Source: Verrucomicrobiia bacterium
Lineage (GTDB): Bacteria > Zixibacteria > MSB-5A5 > DSPP01
Length of the DNA: 64,000 bases
Assembly (NCBI GenBank): GCA_035574275.1
Contig: DATLYY010000007.1
Coordinates: 4,928 to 68,927 of the forward strand
Reading direction: 5' to 3'
A model generated the notes under the pieces. That model was not told the DNA's origin. It made no database searches and saw nothing but the letters and a program-made list of their open reading frames with translations. Position numbers and translations under genes: made by a program. Position 1 is the stretch's first letter, and each line of letters begins with the position of its first letter. Shown here one piece after another: positions 20,416 to 30,718 of this stretch.

Positions 20416-21420
20416 TTATCGTTTCCTTCTTCCTTTGGCCGCCCAAGCGGGAGTTTTTTTGAACGACCTCCCTTTTGCGGCGCGTGTTTTCATTGCGGGA
20501 AGTCGTTTCTTTGGTTTGGCTGCAACGACGGAAATTTTTACTTTCTTGGATTTTCCCAAGGCCCGCTCCACCAAAGCCGGGATTTCGGCCGGAGTGGAGG
20601 CGACCGGAACGCCGACCTTCCTGAATGTTTCGATTTTTTCTGCGGCGGTGCCGGAGCCACCGGAGATGATGGCACCGGCATGCCCCATCCGCTTGCCCGG
20701 CGGGGCGGTCTGGCCGGCGATGAAGGCGACTACCGGCTTGGACACTTCGGCTTTGATGAAAGCCGCCGCGCGTTCTTCATCCGTGCCGCCGATTTCTCCA
20801 ATCAGAACAATAGCCTTGGTCTGTTTGTCTTTCTCAAAGAGGGCCAAAACGTCCACGAAGTCAGTGCCGATGACCGGATCGCCGCCGATACCGATGGCGG
20901 TGGACTGGCCGATGCCGGATTGCGTCAGGTTGTAAACCACCTCATAGGTCAGAGTGCCGGAGCGGGATACGACGCCGACCGGGCCCTCAGTGTGAATCTG
21001 GGCCGGCATAATGCCCACTTTACATTTGCCTGGAGTTATCAAACCGGGGCAATTGGGGCCGACCAGACGGGTTTTTGTGGTTTTCAAATAATGATAAACT
21101 TTCAGCATATCAAAGGCGGGAATGCCTTCCGTGATGCAGACGACAAGCGGCAGGCCGGAATCAGCCGCTTCGTAGATGGCGTCCGCAGCAAATGCCGGAG
21201 GGACGTAGATAACGCTGCAATTTGCGCCGGTGGCCTCTTTGGCCTCTTTCACCGAATCGAAGACCAAAACGCCATCCTCTTTTTCGCCACCCCGCCCCGG
21301 TGTCACGCCAGCGACAATCTTGGTGCCGTATTCCTTCATCTGTCGGGCGTGGAAGGAGCCGTCCCGGCCGGTGATCCCCTGAACGATTACTTTGGTTTTT
21401 TCGTCGATTAAAATTCCCAT
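20416..21420 (-). CDS. sucD: succinyl-CoA synthetase subunit alpha, with an about 45-aa Lys/Arg-rich C-terminal extension
   Basis: Canonical SucD core (CoA-binding and phospho-His loop '[10 protein letters not shown]'), followed by [45 protein letters not shown]. About 290 aa is the usual length. Confidence 0.88.
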   Translation of the reverse strand: MGILIDEKTKVIVQGITGRDGSFHARQMKEYGTKIVAGVTPGRGGEKEDGVLVFDSVKEAKEATGANCSVIYVPPAFAADAIYEAADSGLPLVVCITEGIPAFDMLKVYHYLKTTKTRLVGPNCPGLITPGKCKVGIMPAQIHTEGPVGVVSRSGTLTYEVVYNLTQSGIGQSTAIGIGGDPVIGTDFVDVLALFEKDKQTKAIVLIGEIGGTDEERAAAFIKAEVSKPVVAFIAGQTAPPGKRMGHAGAIISGGSGTAAEKIETFRKVGVPVASTPAEIPALVERALGKSKKVKISVVAAKPKKRLPAMKTRAAKGRSFKKTPAWAAKGRRKR

Positions 21421-21421
21421 T

Positions 21422-22558
21422 TTACGCCGCCTTGGACAGTTCGATGGCCTTTTTGACTACTTCGGTCATCGAGGAATAGACGTTGAGGTTGACTTTTCGC
21501 AAAATTTCCTTGGCCAGTTCTTCGTTGGTGCCAACCAGCCGGATGGCAATCGGCACCTTCGGCTTCAAGGTATTCACCGCCTTTACGATGCCATTGGCGA
21601 CGTCGTCGCCGCGGGTTATGCCGCCGAAGATGTTGAAGCAGATGGCTTTCACGTTGGGGTCGGCCAGGATGATTTTCATGGCGGCAATAACTTTTTCCGG
21701 ATTGGAACTGCCGCCGATATCCAGAAAATTGGCGGGATTTCCGCCGTAGAACTTGACCAAGTCCATAGTGGCCATTGCCAGGCCGGCGCCGTTGACGATG
21801 CAGCCGATGCTGCCGTCCAGCTTGACGAAGGAAAGCCCGGCTTTTTTGGCTTCTTCCTCGATTTTTTCCGCGCCGGAGAACTCCTTGTACTTCTCAAACT
21901 CCGGGTGGCGGTCCAAGGCATTGTCGTCGATGCTCACTTTGGCGTCGAGGGCTACCAGTTCGTTTTTTTTTGTAACAACGAGCGGGTTGATTTCAGCCAG
22001 CGTCAAGTCGGCCAGAAAGTAGAGCGAATAGAGCTTCTTCAAAATTTCCTCCGCCTGTTTGCGGATGTTTTTATCGGCATACAGAAAGCCGGAGACCTGC
22101 CGGGCGTGGTAGGGGAGCAGGCCGGTCAAGGGGTTGACGCGCAGTTTTAAAACCTTTTCCGGAGTTTGTTTGGCCACTTCCTCGATTTCGATGCCGCCGG
22201 CGGGAGAGGCAATGATTACCGGCATCTTGAATTCGCGGTCGAGCGTGACGCTCAAGTAAGCCTCCGAAGCGATGTCGGCGGCTTCGGTGATCAGGACCTT
22301 TTCAACCGTGTAGTTTTTGATGTCCATTCCCAAAATGGCAGTCGCCTTTTCTTTCGCCTCCTCCGGCGTTTGGGCAAGTTTTACGCCGCCGGCCTTGCCC
22401 CGGCCGCCGGTGTGCACTTGGGCCTTGACCACCACGGTTTGGCCGAACTCGGAAGCGATTTGAAACGCTTCTTCGGGCGTTTGGGCGACTTTCCCTTTGG
22501 GAATGGGAATCCCGGCTTGGGCGAAGAGTTCTTTGGCTTGGTATTCGTGCAGGTTCAC
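21422..22558 (-). CDS. sucC: succinyl-CoA synthetase subunit beta (ADP-forming)
   Basis: 378 aa. ATP-grasp N-terminus '[12 protein letters not shown]' and sucC-sucD adjacency. Confidence 0.92.
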   Translation of the reverse strand: MNLHEYQAKELFAQAGIPIPKGKVAQTPEEAFQIASEFGQTVVVKAQVHTGGRGKAGGVKLAQTPEEAKEKATAILGMDIKNYTVEKVLITEAADIASEAYLSVTLDREFKMPVIIASPAGGIEIEEVAKQTPEKVLKLRVNPLTGLLPYHARQVSGFLYADKNIRKQAEEILKKLYSLYFLADLTLAEINPLVVTKKNELVALDAKVSIDDNALDRHPEFEKYKEFSGAEKIEEEAKKAGLSFVKLDGSIGCIVNGAGLAMATMDLVKFYGGNPANFLDIGGSSNPEKVIAAMKIILADPNVKAICFNIFGGITRGDDVANGIVKAVNTLKPKVPIAIRLVGTNEELAKEILRKVNLNVYSSMTEVVKKAIELSKAA

Positions 22559-23940
22559 TTGGCCTCCAGCCCGGTATAATAATCTTTTGCGAGCTTTAAC
22601 AAAGCACTTTTTTCGTTTAAAGTTGGATCGTCCAAGACCTGTTCCAAAAGGTGGTTCAGCACTTTGCCGACGGCCGGTCCGGCCGGAACCTGGAGATGCT
22701 CCATCACATCATGGCCGCTGACAGCCAAATCGCGCACGCTGAAGGGGGGCCTTTTTTCCAGTTCGGCTTTGATGCGGGCCTCCAGCTCGTCCACATCGTC
22801 CGTTTTCCCTCCCATTCCCTGGCCTGCCACATCCGCGCGGCGCAAATCGAGCAAATCAAAGACCAGTTCCGGCCCGACCTTGCGAATCAGGCGGCGCACC
22901 CCCTTGTCGGTAACCTGGGTGGTGAACATATGCTTGTCTACCAAAAGAAAAACCTGGTCGATGAAGTCGTTGGAATATTTCAGCCGGCGCAATATCTGTT
23001 TGGTCATTTTGGAGCCGAGCTTTTCGTGGCCGTAGAAAGTGGCGCCTTCTCCCGTTTCCACCTTGGTGCGGGGTTTGGCGACGTCGTGGAGCAAACAGGC
23101 CCAACGCAAGTGTAGTTTAGGCGGGGCGGCATCCACCACGTACAACGTGTGCTCAAAGACCTCCCAGCGGTGGTAGCCGCCCGGCTGGGAAACGCCCACT
23201 CCTTCGGCCAGCTCCGGCAGCAAAATTTTCAAAAGTCCCGACTTTTCCATCAGTTTGAAGCCGACCGAGGGTTTGGAAGAGAGGAGAATCAGTTTGTTCA
23301 ACTCCTCGGCAATCCGCTCGGCGGAGACGGTTTCAATCAGTCGCACCGAGGCGACCAGATGCTCCCAGGTTTTCGGCTCGATTTCAAAGTTGAAGCGGGA
23401 GGCGAACTGGATGGCGCGCAGCATCCGCAAAGGGTCTTCTTCAAACGCCTGTTCAAACACCTGACGCACCAGTTTGGCTTTAATGTCGTTCCGGCCGCCG
23501 AAGGGGTCGATTAGTTTCTGCGCGGCAACGTCGAAGGCCATGGCGTTGATGGTGAAATCACGCCGGCCCAAGTCGGTCTCAACCGGCAGGGCCGGGTCAA
23601 AATCCACTTCAAAATCCTTGTGCCCCGTGCCGGTGCTTTTTTCCTTGCGGGGGAGAGAAATGTCGAAGGTGGTGCCGGATTCCCGGTCCGTGAATTTGAT
23701 AACGCCGAAAAAACGGCCGACCAAATCGACGTAGCCGAATTTTTTTAACAGCGCCACGAGCTCGGCCAACGGGATGCCGGTGACCAAGTAGTCCGTGTCC
23801 TTTTGGGTGCGGGGGATGCCCAACAGCCGGTCGCGGACGGCCCCGCCGACCTCATACAATTTCCCTTTTTTTAGAATGGCTTCCGCAACTTTGACGCCAA
23901 TGGCGGTATTCAAATCAACTCTTTCTTCAAAAAGAATCAT
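22555..23940 (-). CDS. cca: CCA tRNA nucleotidyltransferase with C-terminal HD domain
   Basis: Pol-beta nucleotidyltransferase motif ('GGAVRDRLLG...DTDYLV') and HD-domain motifs ('HD..K'). Start placed at the ATG that overlaps the arcC stop (ATGA) rather than 60 nt inside arcC. Confidence 0.82.
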   Translation of the reverse strand: MILFEERVDLNTAIGVKVAEAILKKGKLYEVGGAVRDRLLGIPRTQKDTDYLVTGIPLAELVALLKKFGYVDLVGRFFGVIKFTDRESGTTFDISLPRKEKSTGTGHKDFEVDFDPALPVETDLGRRDFTINAMAFDVAAQKLIDPFGGRNDIKAKLVRQVFEQAFEEDPLRMLRAIQFASRFNFEIEPKTWEHLVASVRLIETVSAERIAEELNKLILLSSKPSVGFKLMEKSGLLKILLPELAEGVGVSQPGGYHRWEVFEHTLYVVDAAPPKLHLRWACLLHDVAKPRTKVETGEGATFYGHEKLGSKMTKQILRRLKYSNDFIDQVFLLVDKHMFTTQVTDKGVRRLIRKVGPELVFDLLDLRRADVAGQGMGGKTDDVDELEARIKAELEKRPPFSVRDLAVSGHDVMEHLQVPAGPAVGKVLNHLLEQVLDDPTLNEKSALLKLAKDYYTGLEAK

Positions 23941-23941
23941 T

Positions 23942-24883
23942 TCAGCCCGGCAGGATGTGCGTGCCGGCTTTTCCCAAAACGGCCGGATAAGCCCGGTCAA
24001 TCGAGGTGATTATAACCTCTTTGCCGCCGGACTCAAGGAAATTTATGGCCGCCTTAATCTTCGGCCCCATGCTGCCGGGGGGAAATTCTCCGGCCTCGAG
24101 ATATTTTTGCGCTTCCTTCAAGGTGATTTTGTCCAAAAATTGCTGATCCAGACGACCAAAATTTATTGCGACCTTGTCCACGCCGGTTAAAATCAGGAGC
24201 AGCTCGGCCCCAACTTCGCGGGCCAAGACGGCGGAAGCCAAATCTTTGTCAATTACCGCATCCACCCCTTCCAAGGAGCCGTCCGGCATCCGGCACACCG
24301 GTATCCCCCCGCCGCCGGCGGCGATGACCACCACTTTCTGATCGAGTAGTTTCTTGATGGACTCCTTTTCAATAATATCGAGCGGTATAGGGGAGGGCAC
24401 GACCCGGCGCCAGCCGCGGTTGGCATCTTTCTTCATCTTCCAGCCCCTTTTTTTCATCAGCTCTTCGGCTTCCTCCTTGGAATAGAACTGGCCGATGAAT
24501 TTGGTCGGGTCGGAGATGGAGGGATCATCCTTGTCCACCAGGACTTGGGTCACCACGGTTACCACCGGACGGTCGATTTTTTCTTTTAGCAGCCGGTTTT
24601 TGAGGGACTGGGCAATCATATACCCCATTCCGCCTTCCGTGTCGGCTACGCAGATTCCGAGCGGGAGAATAGGGGCCTTGTCGGCCGCCAGCTCCACCCG
24701 CAAGATGGCGTTGCCGACCTGCGGACCGTTGCCGTGGGTCAAGGCGATGTCGTACCCTTCGCGCAAAAGCTCCACCAGCCCGCCCAGGGAGGCGCGGGTG
24801 TTGGCAAACTGGTTGGCAATCGTATCCGGCTCGCCCGCTTTGGAGATGGCGTTGCCCCCGAGGGCAACCACGGCCCGCTTCAT
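23942..24883 (-). CDS. arcC: carbamate kinase
   Basis: 313 aa. 'VVALGGNAI...THGNGPQVG' and C-terminal amino-acid-kinase family motifs. Confidence 0.88.
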   Translation of the reverse strand: MKRAVVALGGNAISKAGEPDTIANQFANTRASLGGLVELLREGYDIALTHGNGPQVGNAILRVELAADKAPILPLGICVADTEGGMGYMIAQSLKNRLLKEKIDRPVVTVVTQVLVDKDDPSISDPTKFIGQFYSKEEAEELMKKRGWKMKKDANRGWRRVVPSPIPLDIIEKESIKKLLDQKVVVIAAGGGGIPVCRMPDGSLEGVDAVIDKDLASAVLAREVGAELLLILTGVDKVAINFGRLDQQFLDKITLKEAQKYLEAGEFPPGSMGPKIKAAINFLESGGKEVIITSIDRAYPAVLGKAGTHILPG

Positions 24884-24889
24884 TTCGGC

Positions 24890-26203
24890 CTACTTCAAGA
24901 AGGGAGAAAGCACCGCCTTCAAATCCGGCTTCCCCAACTCTTCCAGTTCGTAGCGGACGCGCAGCATCGGTTTTTTCACCTTCAGAAGCCGACCCAAATC
25001 AATCGGCGTGGCGACGATGACCAAATCGGCTGGAACGCGGTTGATGGTGTTCTGCATATCCTTGATTTGCGCCTCGCCATATCCCATCGCCGGCAGGAGT
25101 TTGCCGATGTGGGGATATTTTTTGTACACCCCCACCAGGCTTCCCTTGATGTAGGAGCGGGGGTCAAGTAACTCGGCGGCGCCGAATTTGCGGGCGGCCA
25201 CCACCCCGGCGCCGTATTCCATTTCCCCATGGGTCAAAGTGGGCCCATCCTCGATAACCAGCACTTTCTTGCCGCGGATGCCGTTCCCTCCTTCGACGAA
25301 AATAGGCGAGGCCGCTTCGATGACCACAGCGTCCGGATTCGTGCGTTCAACGTTTTTCTTCACGGTCTGGATGTTTTCAAACGCCGCCGTGTCCACTTTG
25401 TTAATCACCACCACGTCGGCCGACCAGAGATTCTGCTCCCCAGGGAAATAAGCCAGCTCGTGCCCGGGGCGGTGGGGATCCACCACGGTTATCAATAAAT
25501 CCGGCTTAAAGAAAGGATAATCATTATTGCCGCCGTCCCACAGAATGACGTCCGCCTCTTTTTCGGCCTGCCGCAGAATTTTTTCGTAATCAACCCCGGC
25601 ATAGACCACCGTTTTGCGCTCCAAATGCGGCTCGTATTCCTCCCGCTCCTCAATCGTGCAGTCGTAGCGGTCCAAATCCTTGAAATCGGCGAAGCGCTGG
25701 CAGGTCTGCTTGACCAGATTGCCATAGGGCATCGGGTGGCGCACCACCACCAGCTTTTTGCCTGCTTTCTTCAAAATGTCGGCCACCTTGCGGGTGGTCT
25801 GGCTTTTGCCGGATCCCGTGCGCACGGCGCAGACCGCCACGACGGGGACTTTGGATTTTAGCTGCGTTTCTTTCGGCCCCAGCAGCATAAAACTGGCCCC
25901 CTCGGCCATCACCTGCGAGGCTTTATGCATCACGTAGGTATGGGGCACATCCGAGTACGAAAAGACGACCGTGTCGATTTTTTTCTTTTGGATGATTTCG
26001 GTCAACTCCTCTTCTGCGTAGATCGGAATACCCTTGGGGTAGCCCCGTCCGGCCAATTTTGCCGGATATTTGCGATCCTCGATATTCGGTATCTGGGTGG
26101 CGGTGAAGCAGACCACTTCGTAATTCTTGTTGCCGCGGAAGGCGGTGTTGAAATTATGAAAATCCCGCCCGGCGGCGCCCATTATCAAAACCTTCCTTTT
26201 CAT
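24890..26203 (-). CDS. P-loop protein of the cyclic 2,3-diphosphoglycerate synthetase-like family (assignment tentative)
   Basis: 437 aa. N-terminal 'MGAAGRDFHNFN' and Walker-A 'TGSGKSQTTRKV' recall proteins annotated as CPGS-like. Function not verifiable from sequence alone. Confidence 0.45.
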   Translation of the reverse strand: MKRKVLIMGAAGRDFHNFNTAFRGNKNYEVVCFTATQIPNIEDRKYPAKLAGRGYPKGIPIYAEEELTEIIQKKKIDTVVFSYSDVPHTYVMHKASQVMAEGASFMLLGPKETQLKSKVPVVAVCAVRTGSGKSQTTRKVADILKKAGKKLVVVRHPMPYGNLVKQTCQRFADFKDLDRYDCTIEEREEYEPHLERKTVVYAGVDYEKILRQAEKEADVILWDGGNNDYPFFKPDLLITVVDPHRPGHELAYFPGEQNLWSADVVVINKVDTAAFENIQTVKKNVERTNPDAVVIEAASPIFVEGGNGIRGKKVLVIEDGPTLTHGEMEYGAGVVAARKFGAAELLDPRSYIKGSLVGVYKKYPHIGKLLPAMGYGEAQIKDMQNTINRVPADLVIVATPIDLGRLLKVKKPMLRVRYELEELGKPDLKAVLSPFLK

Positions 26204-26400
26204 TTTGTTTCTCTCCTTTCTTTTCTCAAAAATCCGGAAAGGGCGAGCATTCGCCCTGCCTCAGCGTTCCGTTAAATTGTATGAGAAAAGAAAAGTCAGA
26301 TGGAAGACGAGAGCCAGAGCTGGGAAACGAGGTAATGCTCCGGTTGATTTTCAGCAAAGCAAACAAACTTATTCGGCTTCATATATCGAACTTCAGGCGC

Positions 26401-27897
26401 TCATTCCACGTCGATTTGGGCCTTTTGCAATTTACCGGAATAGTCGATGTAGAGAACCTTCCACTCGGAGAAAACGTCCAAGGCGGCCTGCCCCGCTTCG
26501 CGATGGCCGTTGCCGGTCTGCTTGGTGCCGCCGAAGGGGAGATGCACTTCCGCTCCAATAGTGGAGGCGTTGACGTAGAAAATGCCGGTGTAGACATCCC
26601 GCATCGCCACGAAGGCCCGGTTGACATCCTGTGTGTAAATGGAGGCGGAGAGGCCGTAGGCCGTATCGTTGACAATTTTGATACCTTCTTCGAGTGAATT
26701 TGTCGGGATTACTGCGACGACCGGACCGAAGATTTCTTCCTGAGCGATGCGCATATCGGGATCGACGTCCCCAAAGATAGTCGGTTCGTGGAAATTTCCG
26801 TGGGCATACTCCCCCTTGGTCAAGCGGTGTCCGCCGGTCAAAAGGGTAGCGCCGTCCTCTTTTTTGCCGACCTCCACATATTTCATCACCGTTTCCAACT
26901 GGCTTTCGTTGACGGAGGGGCCCATTTCGGTTTTGGCATCCAGCCCGTTGCCGACTTTCAAAGCCCGGGCGCGGGCCACGAATTTCTGGGTGAATTCCTT
27001 CAGCACTTTTTTATGCACAATCACCCGACTGGCGGCCGTGCAACGCTGGCCGGTGGTGCCGAACCCGCCCCAGACGGCCCCTTCCACGGCCAAATCGACT
27101 TTGGCGTCGTCCATCACCAAAATGGCGTTTTTCCCCCCCATTTCCAAATTGGTGTGCTTGAAGGTGGAGGCGGTCGCCTCCGCCACCGATTTGCCAACGG
27201 CCGTGGAACCGGTGAAGCTGACCAGCTTTACGTCCGGATGGGTCATCAACGGCGTGCCTACTTCGGAACCGGTGCCGGTCACAAAGTTCAAAACCCCTTT
27301 TGGCAACCCGGCATCCTCACAGGCCTTCACCAGATTATAGGCGGAAAGGGGGGTATCGGTAGCTGGTTTGAAGACCACTGTATTGCCCAAGATGAGAGCA
27401 GGCATCAGCTTCCAAGAGGGGATGGCCATCGGGAAATTCCAGGGAGTAATCAGAGCGCAGACGCCCAAGGGCATCCGCACGGACATCATAAACTTGTTGG
27501 GGAGCTCGGACGGCGTGGTCTGGCCGAACTGGCGGCGCCCCTCGCCGGCCATATAGTAGGTCATGTCAATCGCTTCCTGCACGTCGCCGCGGGTCTCCTT
27601 CAAGACCTTTCCCATCTCGCGGGTCATATCCCGGGCAAACTCCTCTTTTTTCTGTACCAGAATTTCCGCCACCCGGAACAAAATTTCCGCCCGTCTCGGC
27701 GCTGGGTAAAGCCGCCAGCTTTCGAAGGCCTTTTTGGCCGCTTCCACGGCGGCGTTCACATCATCCTGATTGGAACGCTGAAAAAGCCCGATTAAATCCC
27801 GTTTGTCGGCCGGGTTTCTGTTTTCAAACGTTTCCCCCGAGCCGGACTCCACCCATTCGCCGTTTATATAGTTTTTGTAAACTTTGGTCTTCGGCAT
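26401..27897 (-). CDS. NAD(P)+-dependent aldehyde dehydrogenase family protein
   Basis: ALDH superfamily motifs (ELGGKN-like 'LEMGGKNA', catalytic Cys 'GQRCTA'). Start placed at MPKTKVY (27897), preceded by GGAGGA. The ORF-track start is 72 nt upstream without an RBS. Confidence 0.85.
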   Translation of the reverse strand: MPKTKVYKNYINGEWVESGSGETFENRNPADKRDLIGLFQRSNQDDVNAAVEAAKKAFESWRLYPAPRRAEILFRVAEILVQKKEEFARDMTREMGKVLKETRGDVQEAIDMTYYMAGEGRRQFGQTTPSELPNKFMMSVRMPLGVCALITPWNFPMAIPSWKLMPALILGNTVVFKPATDTPLSAYNLVKACEDAGLPKGVLNFVTGTGSEVGTPLMTHPDVKLVSFTGSTAVGKSVAEATASTFKHTNLEMGGKNAILVMDDAKVDLAVEGAVWGGFGTTGQRCTAASRVIVHKKVLKEFTQKFVARARALKVGNGLDAKTEMGPSVNESQLETVMKYVEVGKKEDGATLLTGGHRLTKGEYAHGNFHEPTIFGDVDPDMRIAQEEIFGPVVAVIPTNSLEEGIKIVNDTAYGLSASIYTQDVNRAFVAMRDVYTGIFYVNASTIGAEVHLPFGGTKQTGNGHREAGQAALDVFSEWKVLYIDYSGKLQKAQIDVE

Positions 27898-28211
27898 TTT
27901 TCCTCCTGAAAGTAAGTTGCAAGGGCGGTTGCAAACGCCCTCAATTTTTCTATTTACAGTTGCTTGCAAACCATTTTTGAAACCTCAAAAGCCAGAAAGT
28001 TCCCCTCTTACAAAGGGGGCTCTGGACGGGTAAAGTTACATTTTAAATGCGGTTTGGCAAGGGCGGTTTTTGACAACACCCTTTGAGCCGTCTCCGGCGG
28101 GCTTTAAACTCTCCCCACAAGGTGAGGTGAATGCTCGATTAATGGACTAAATAAAGAGACAAGAATTGATCTAAGCGCTTGATTACTAAATTGTTAGGTC
28201 GGTGGAAATCC

Positions 28212-29192
28212 CTACCGGGTTACGGGGACGGCGCGGAACTGGGCTTTGTACTGGCCGACCCCTTCCAAGTGGCAACTGATTTCAAAAAGCGCGATTGTGC
28301 GTACACTTGGTGAAACGCCGGTAAAGCTGGCGGCGGCCTTTGTGGCAATTCCGTTTACCAACGGTCGTTGAACGGAATCCCATCCCTCGGCCGTGCCAAG
28401 CTGGAGTTTTTGAGCACGGTATTCGTTGCCGGCAGGGTCGATGATACGGGTATCGGCTGTGGTCAGTTTGTAGCTTTTGTCTTCCTTTACGTTGGTCAGA
28501 AGCATGGAGCAGGTCAGATTCGGGCCGGAGGCCCAGCACTCTTGAAGCTCCAAGACAAACTCCGGCGTTTCCACCTTCTGCCGAATTTCGACCGGCGGCG
28601 GGGCCGGTGCCGGTTTAGATGGAGCAACCGGAGTTACGGAGGCGCTCGGCGGCGGGTTTTGGGCCGGGGGATTCCTTTTTTCCGGTGTATTGTCTCCCAT
28701 GATGATTTTCGATTTCGGAAAATCGGTGCTGGTGGCAAATAGAATTTTTGCGTTCCCGGCATCCAGAATTTTTACCGAAAGGTGCAGACTGTCGCCGAAC
28801 GGGGTCAAATTCCCGGCAATGATGGCGTTAATCCCAGCGGCCTTTTTGAGTTTTTTCCCCATTTCCGGGTCAACCCAGCCGGTGGCTTCCAGTCCCTGCT
28901 CCTTCAGCAAACTTTTCAAACGCATCCTGTCGACGACCTCAAACTCCGTGCGGCTGCCCAAACTGGAAAGTTGAACGGAAAGCTCTTCGGCCAAAAACCG
29001 CCCGGCATAGATGGTGTGCCCCTCCATATCGGTGAAATCGACTATGGCCACCTTCTTTTTTCTTCCTTCAAGCAGCTTTTGGGTCAAGGACCCGGCCAAG
29101 GCGTTCAATTCTTTTTCATAACAGAATGAAAGCGTCGGATAAATCAAAAGGAGAACCGCCAAGCCAACCGTCCATTGAGCCAATTTGCGCAT
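28212..29192 (-). CDS. secreted/periplasmic hypothetical protein with a Pro-rich linker
   Basis: 326 aa. N-terminal signal peptide (MRKLAQWTVGLAVLLLIYPTLSFC), an N-domain reminiscent of CsgG/LpoB-type periplasmic folds, a PPAQNPPPSASVTPVAPSKPAPAPPP linker and a C-terminal beta domain. Confidence 0.55.
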   Translation of the reverse strand: MRKLAQWTVGLAVLLLIYPTLSFCYEKELNALAGSLTQKLLEGRKKKVAIVDFTDMEGHTIYAGRFLAEELSVQLSSLGSRTEFEVVDRMRLKSLLKEQGLEATGWVDPEMGKKLKKAAGINAIIAGNLTPFGDSLHLSVKILDAGNAKILFATSTDFPKSKIIMGDNTPEKRNPPAQNPPPSASVTPVAPSKPAPAPPPVEIRQKVETPEFVLELQECWASGPNLTCSMLLTNVKEDKSYKLTTADTRIIDPAGNEYRAQKLQLGTAEGWDSVQRPLVNGIATKAAASFTGVSPSVRTIALFEISCHLEGVGQYKAQFRAVPVTR

Positions 29193-29254
29193 GTATCCCT
29201 TCCCCTTAATATCTTATCGGATGTAACGGCTTTGGCTTTAGGGGGTGTTTTTCC

Positions 29255-29518
29255 TTGCCTTATTGGCTTGCCGGTTTAAATTTACGGCCTACTATGCCGG
29301 TGGAGGAGGCCAAGGCCCAAGTTGTAAGGAACCGCAAAGCGGTCGGGAAGCGGCTTTTGTTCAACGTGGCGCTCTGCTTTGAATGCGGGGCCTGCGTGGG
29401 GGTTTGTCCCCACGATTCACTGGCTTTAACTCCGCGCGGCATCGAAATCGACCACCACACCTGCACGCTTTGCAACGCCTGCGTGCGCACCTGCCCTACG
29501 GGAGCGTTTACTTTATGA
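29255..29518 (+). CDS. 2x[4Fe-4S] ferredoxin (start uncertain; ATG at 29294 also possible)
   Basis: Two CxxCxxCxxxCP motifs (CFECGACVGVCP; CTLCNACVRTCP). Stop overlaps the start of the downstream oxidoreductase (ATGA). Confidence 0.65.
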   Translation: MPYWLAGLNLRPTMPVEEAKAQVVRNRKAVGKRLLFNVALCFECGACVGVCPHDSLALTPRGIEIDHHTCTLCNACVRTCPTGAFTL

Positions 29519-30702
29519 ATTCCGAGAATCGGTATGATGTAATCGTGGTCGGAGCAGGGCCGGGGGGCTCTTCGGCAGCAATGGCGGCGGCTAAGAAAGG
29601 GAAAAAGGTTCTTCTCTTAGAGAAACATCCCGTCGTCGGCTATCCCCTCTGCTGCGCGGAGGGAATTTCCAAGTCTGGCTTGGAAGATATCGTTCCTTTG
29701 AATCCGCGTTGGGTGGCTTCGCGCGTGGAGCGGGTTTTACTCGTCGGCCCGGGTGGCGCGAAAGCGAAAATCGTGCATCCGGAAGCGGGGTATGTGCTGG
29801 ACCGGAAAATTTTTGACCGGGATTTGGCCGGGCTGGCAGCCAAAGAAGGAGCTACGGTGAAAGCCGGAACGCCGGTCGTGGGGTTGCTAAACGGTGACGG
29901 CGGGCTGATTCGGGGGGTCAAGGTTTTAGAGGAAGGGAAGCCCAACGAATACTTTGCGCCGGTCATCATCGCTTCCGACGGCATCGAATCCCGCATCGGC
30001 TATTGGGCCGGGTTGAACACGACTTTATATCTTTCCGGTTTTGATTCCGCCGCGCAGTATCTTTTGGGAGGGTTGGATGTCGATGAAGAATGTTTGCAGT
30101 TCTACTTCGGCCGGGACTTGTGCCCCGGCGGCTACGGCTGGGTTTTTCCCAAAGGGAACGGCACGGCCAACGTGGGGCTGGCATTCACGCCGGCTTTGAA
30201 CGCCAAAGTAAAGGCGGTTGAACTTTTGAACAAGTTTGTGGCGGAGCGCTTTCCGCGCGCCTCGATAGTCGAAACCATCGTCGGCGGAGTACCCGCCTAT
30301 GTCGGCAAGAAATTGATGCGGGTCAAGAACGTGCTTTTGGCCGGGGATGCCGCCCGGCTGGTGGATTCCATTTCAGGAGCCGGGATTGCCAATGCTCTTT
30401 TATCCGGCAAAATCGCGGGGGGAACGGCGGCGGAATATCTGCCGTCCAAGCATTCGCCCGATTTTCTGGAGCGGTATCAACGTGAATGGGATAAAGTCAA
30501 AGGGCGGGAGATGCGCTTCTATCTTTATGCCCGGCAAATTTACATACGGATGAGCGATTCTGAATTTGATAACGTGATTAACTTCGTCCGGCCGCTTTTT
30601 GAAAACAATCCCGTACGGGGTATCGAGCCTATTGGGCTTTTGAAGCGGGTATTAAAAGAAAACCCCAAGCTCCTGCTTTTGGCCCGCCATATACGATGGT
30701 GA
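29515..30702 (+). CDS. geranylgeranyl reductase-family FAD-dependent oxidoreductase
   Basis: N-terminal 'YDVIVVGAGPGGSSAA' FAD fold and 'GDAARLVDSISGAGI' motif typical of the GGR family. Start at MNSENRY (29515), translationally coupled to the ferredoxin. Confidence 0.8.
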   Translation: MNSENRYDVIVVGAGPGGSSAAMAAAKKGKKVLLLEKHPVVGYPLCCAEGISKSGLEDIVPLNPRWVASRVERVLLVGPGGAKAKIVHPEAGYVLDRKIFDRDLAGLAAKEGATVKAGTPVVGLLNGDGGLIRGVKVLEEGKPNEYFAPVIIASDGIESRIGYWAGLNTTLYLSGFDSAAQYLLGGLDVDEECLQFYFGRDLCPGGYGWVFPKGNGTANVGLAFTPALNAKVKAVELLNKFVAERFPRASIVETIVGGVPAYVGKKLMRVKNVLLAGDAARLVDSISGAGIANALLSGKIAGGTAAEYLPSKHSPDFLERYQREWDKVKGREMRFYLYARQIYIRMSDSEFDNVINFVRPLFENNPVRGIEPIGLLKRVLKENPKLLLLARHIRW

Positions 30703-30718
30703 AAAAACCAGAGAAAAA

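Noticed and set aside
20068-21411. 447-aa plus-strand ORF
   Set aside because: Antisense to sucD/ndk. No recognisable motifs. Artefact of high GC.
28040-28211. Possible tRNA or small RNA in the AT-richer spacer
   Set aside because: No cloverleaf, no T-loop GTTCRANYC-like motif and no acceptor-stem complementarity found by eye. Kept only as a low-interest structured-leader note.
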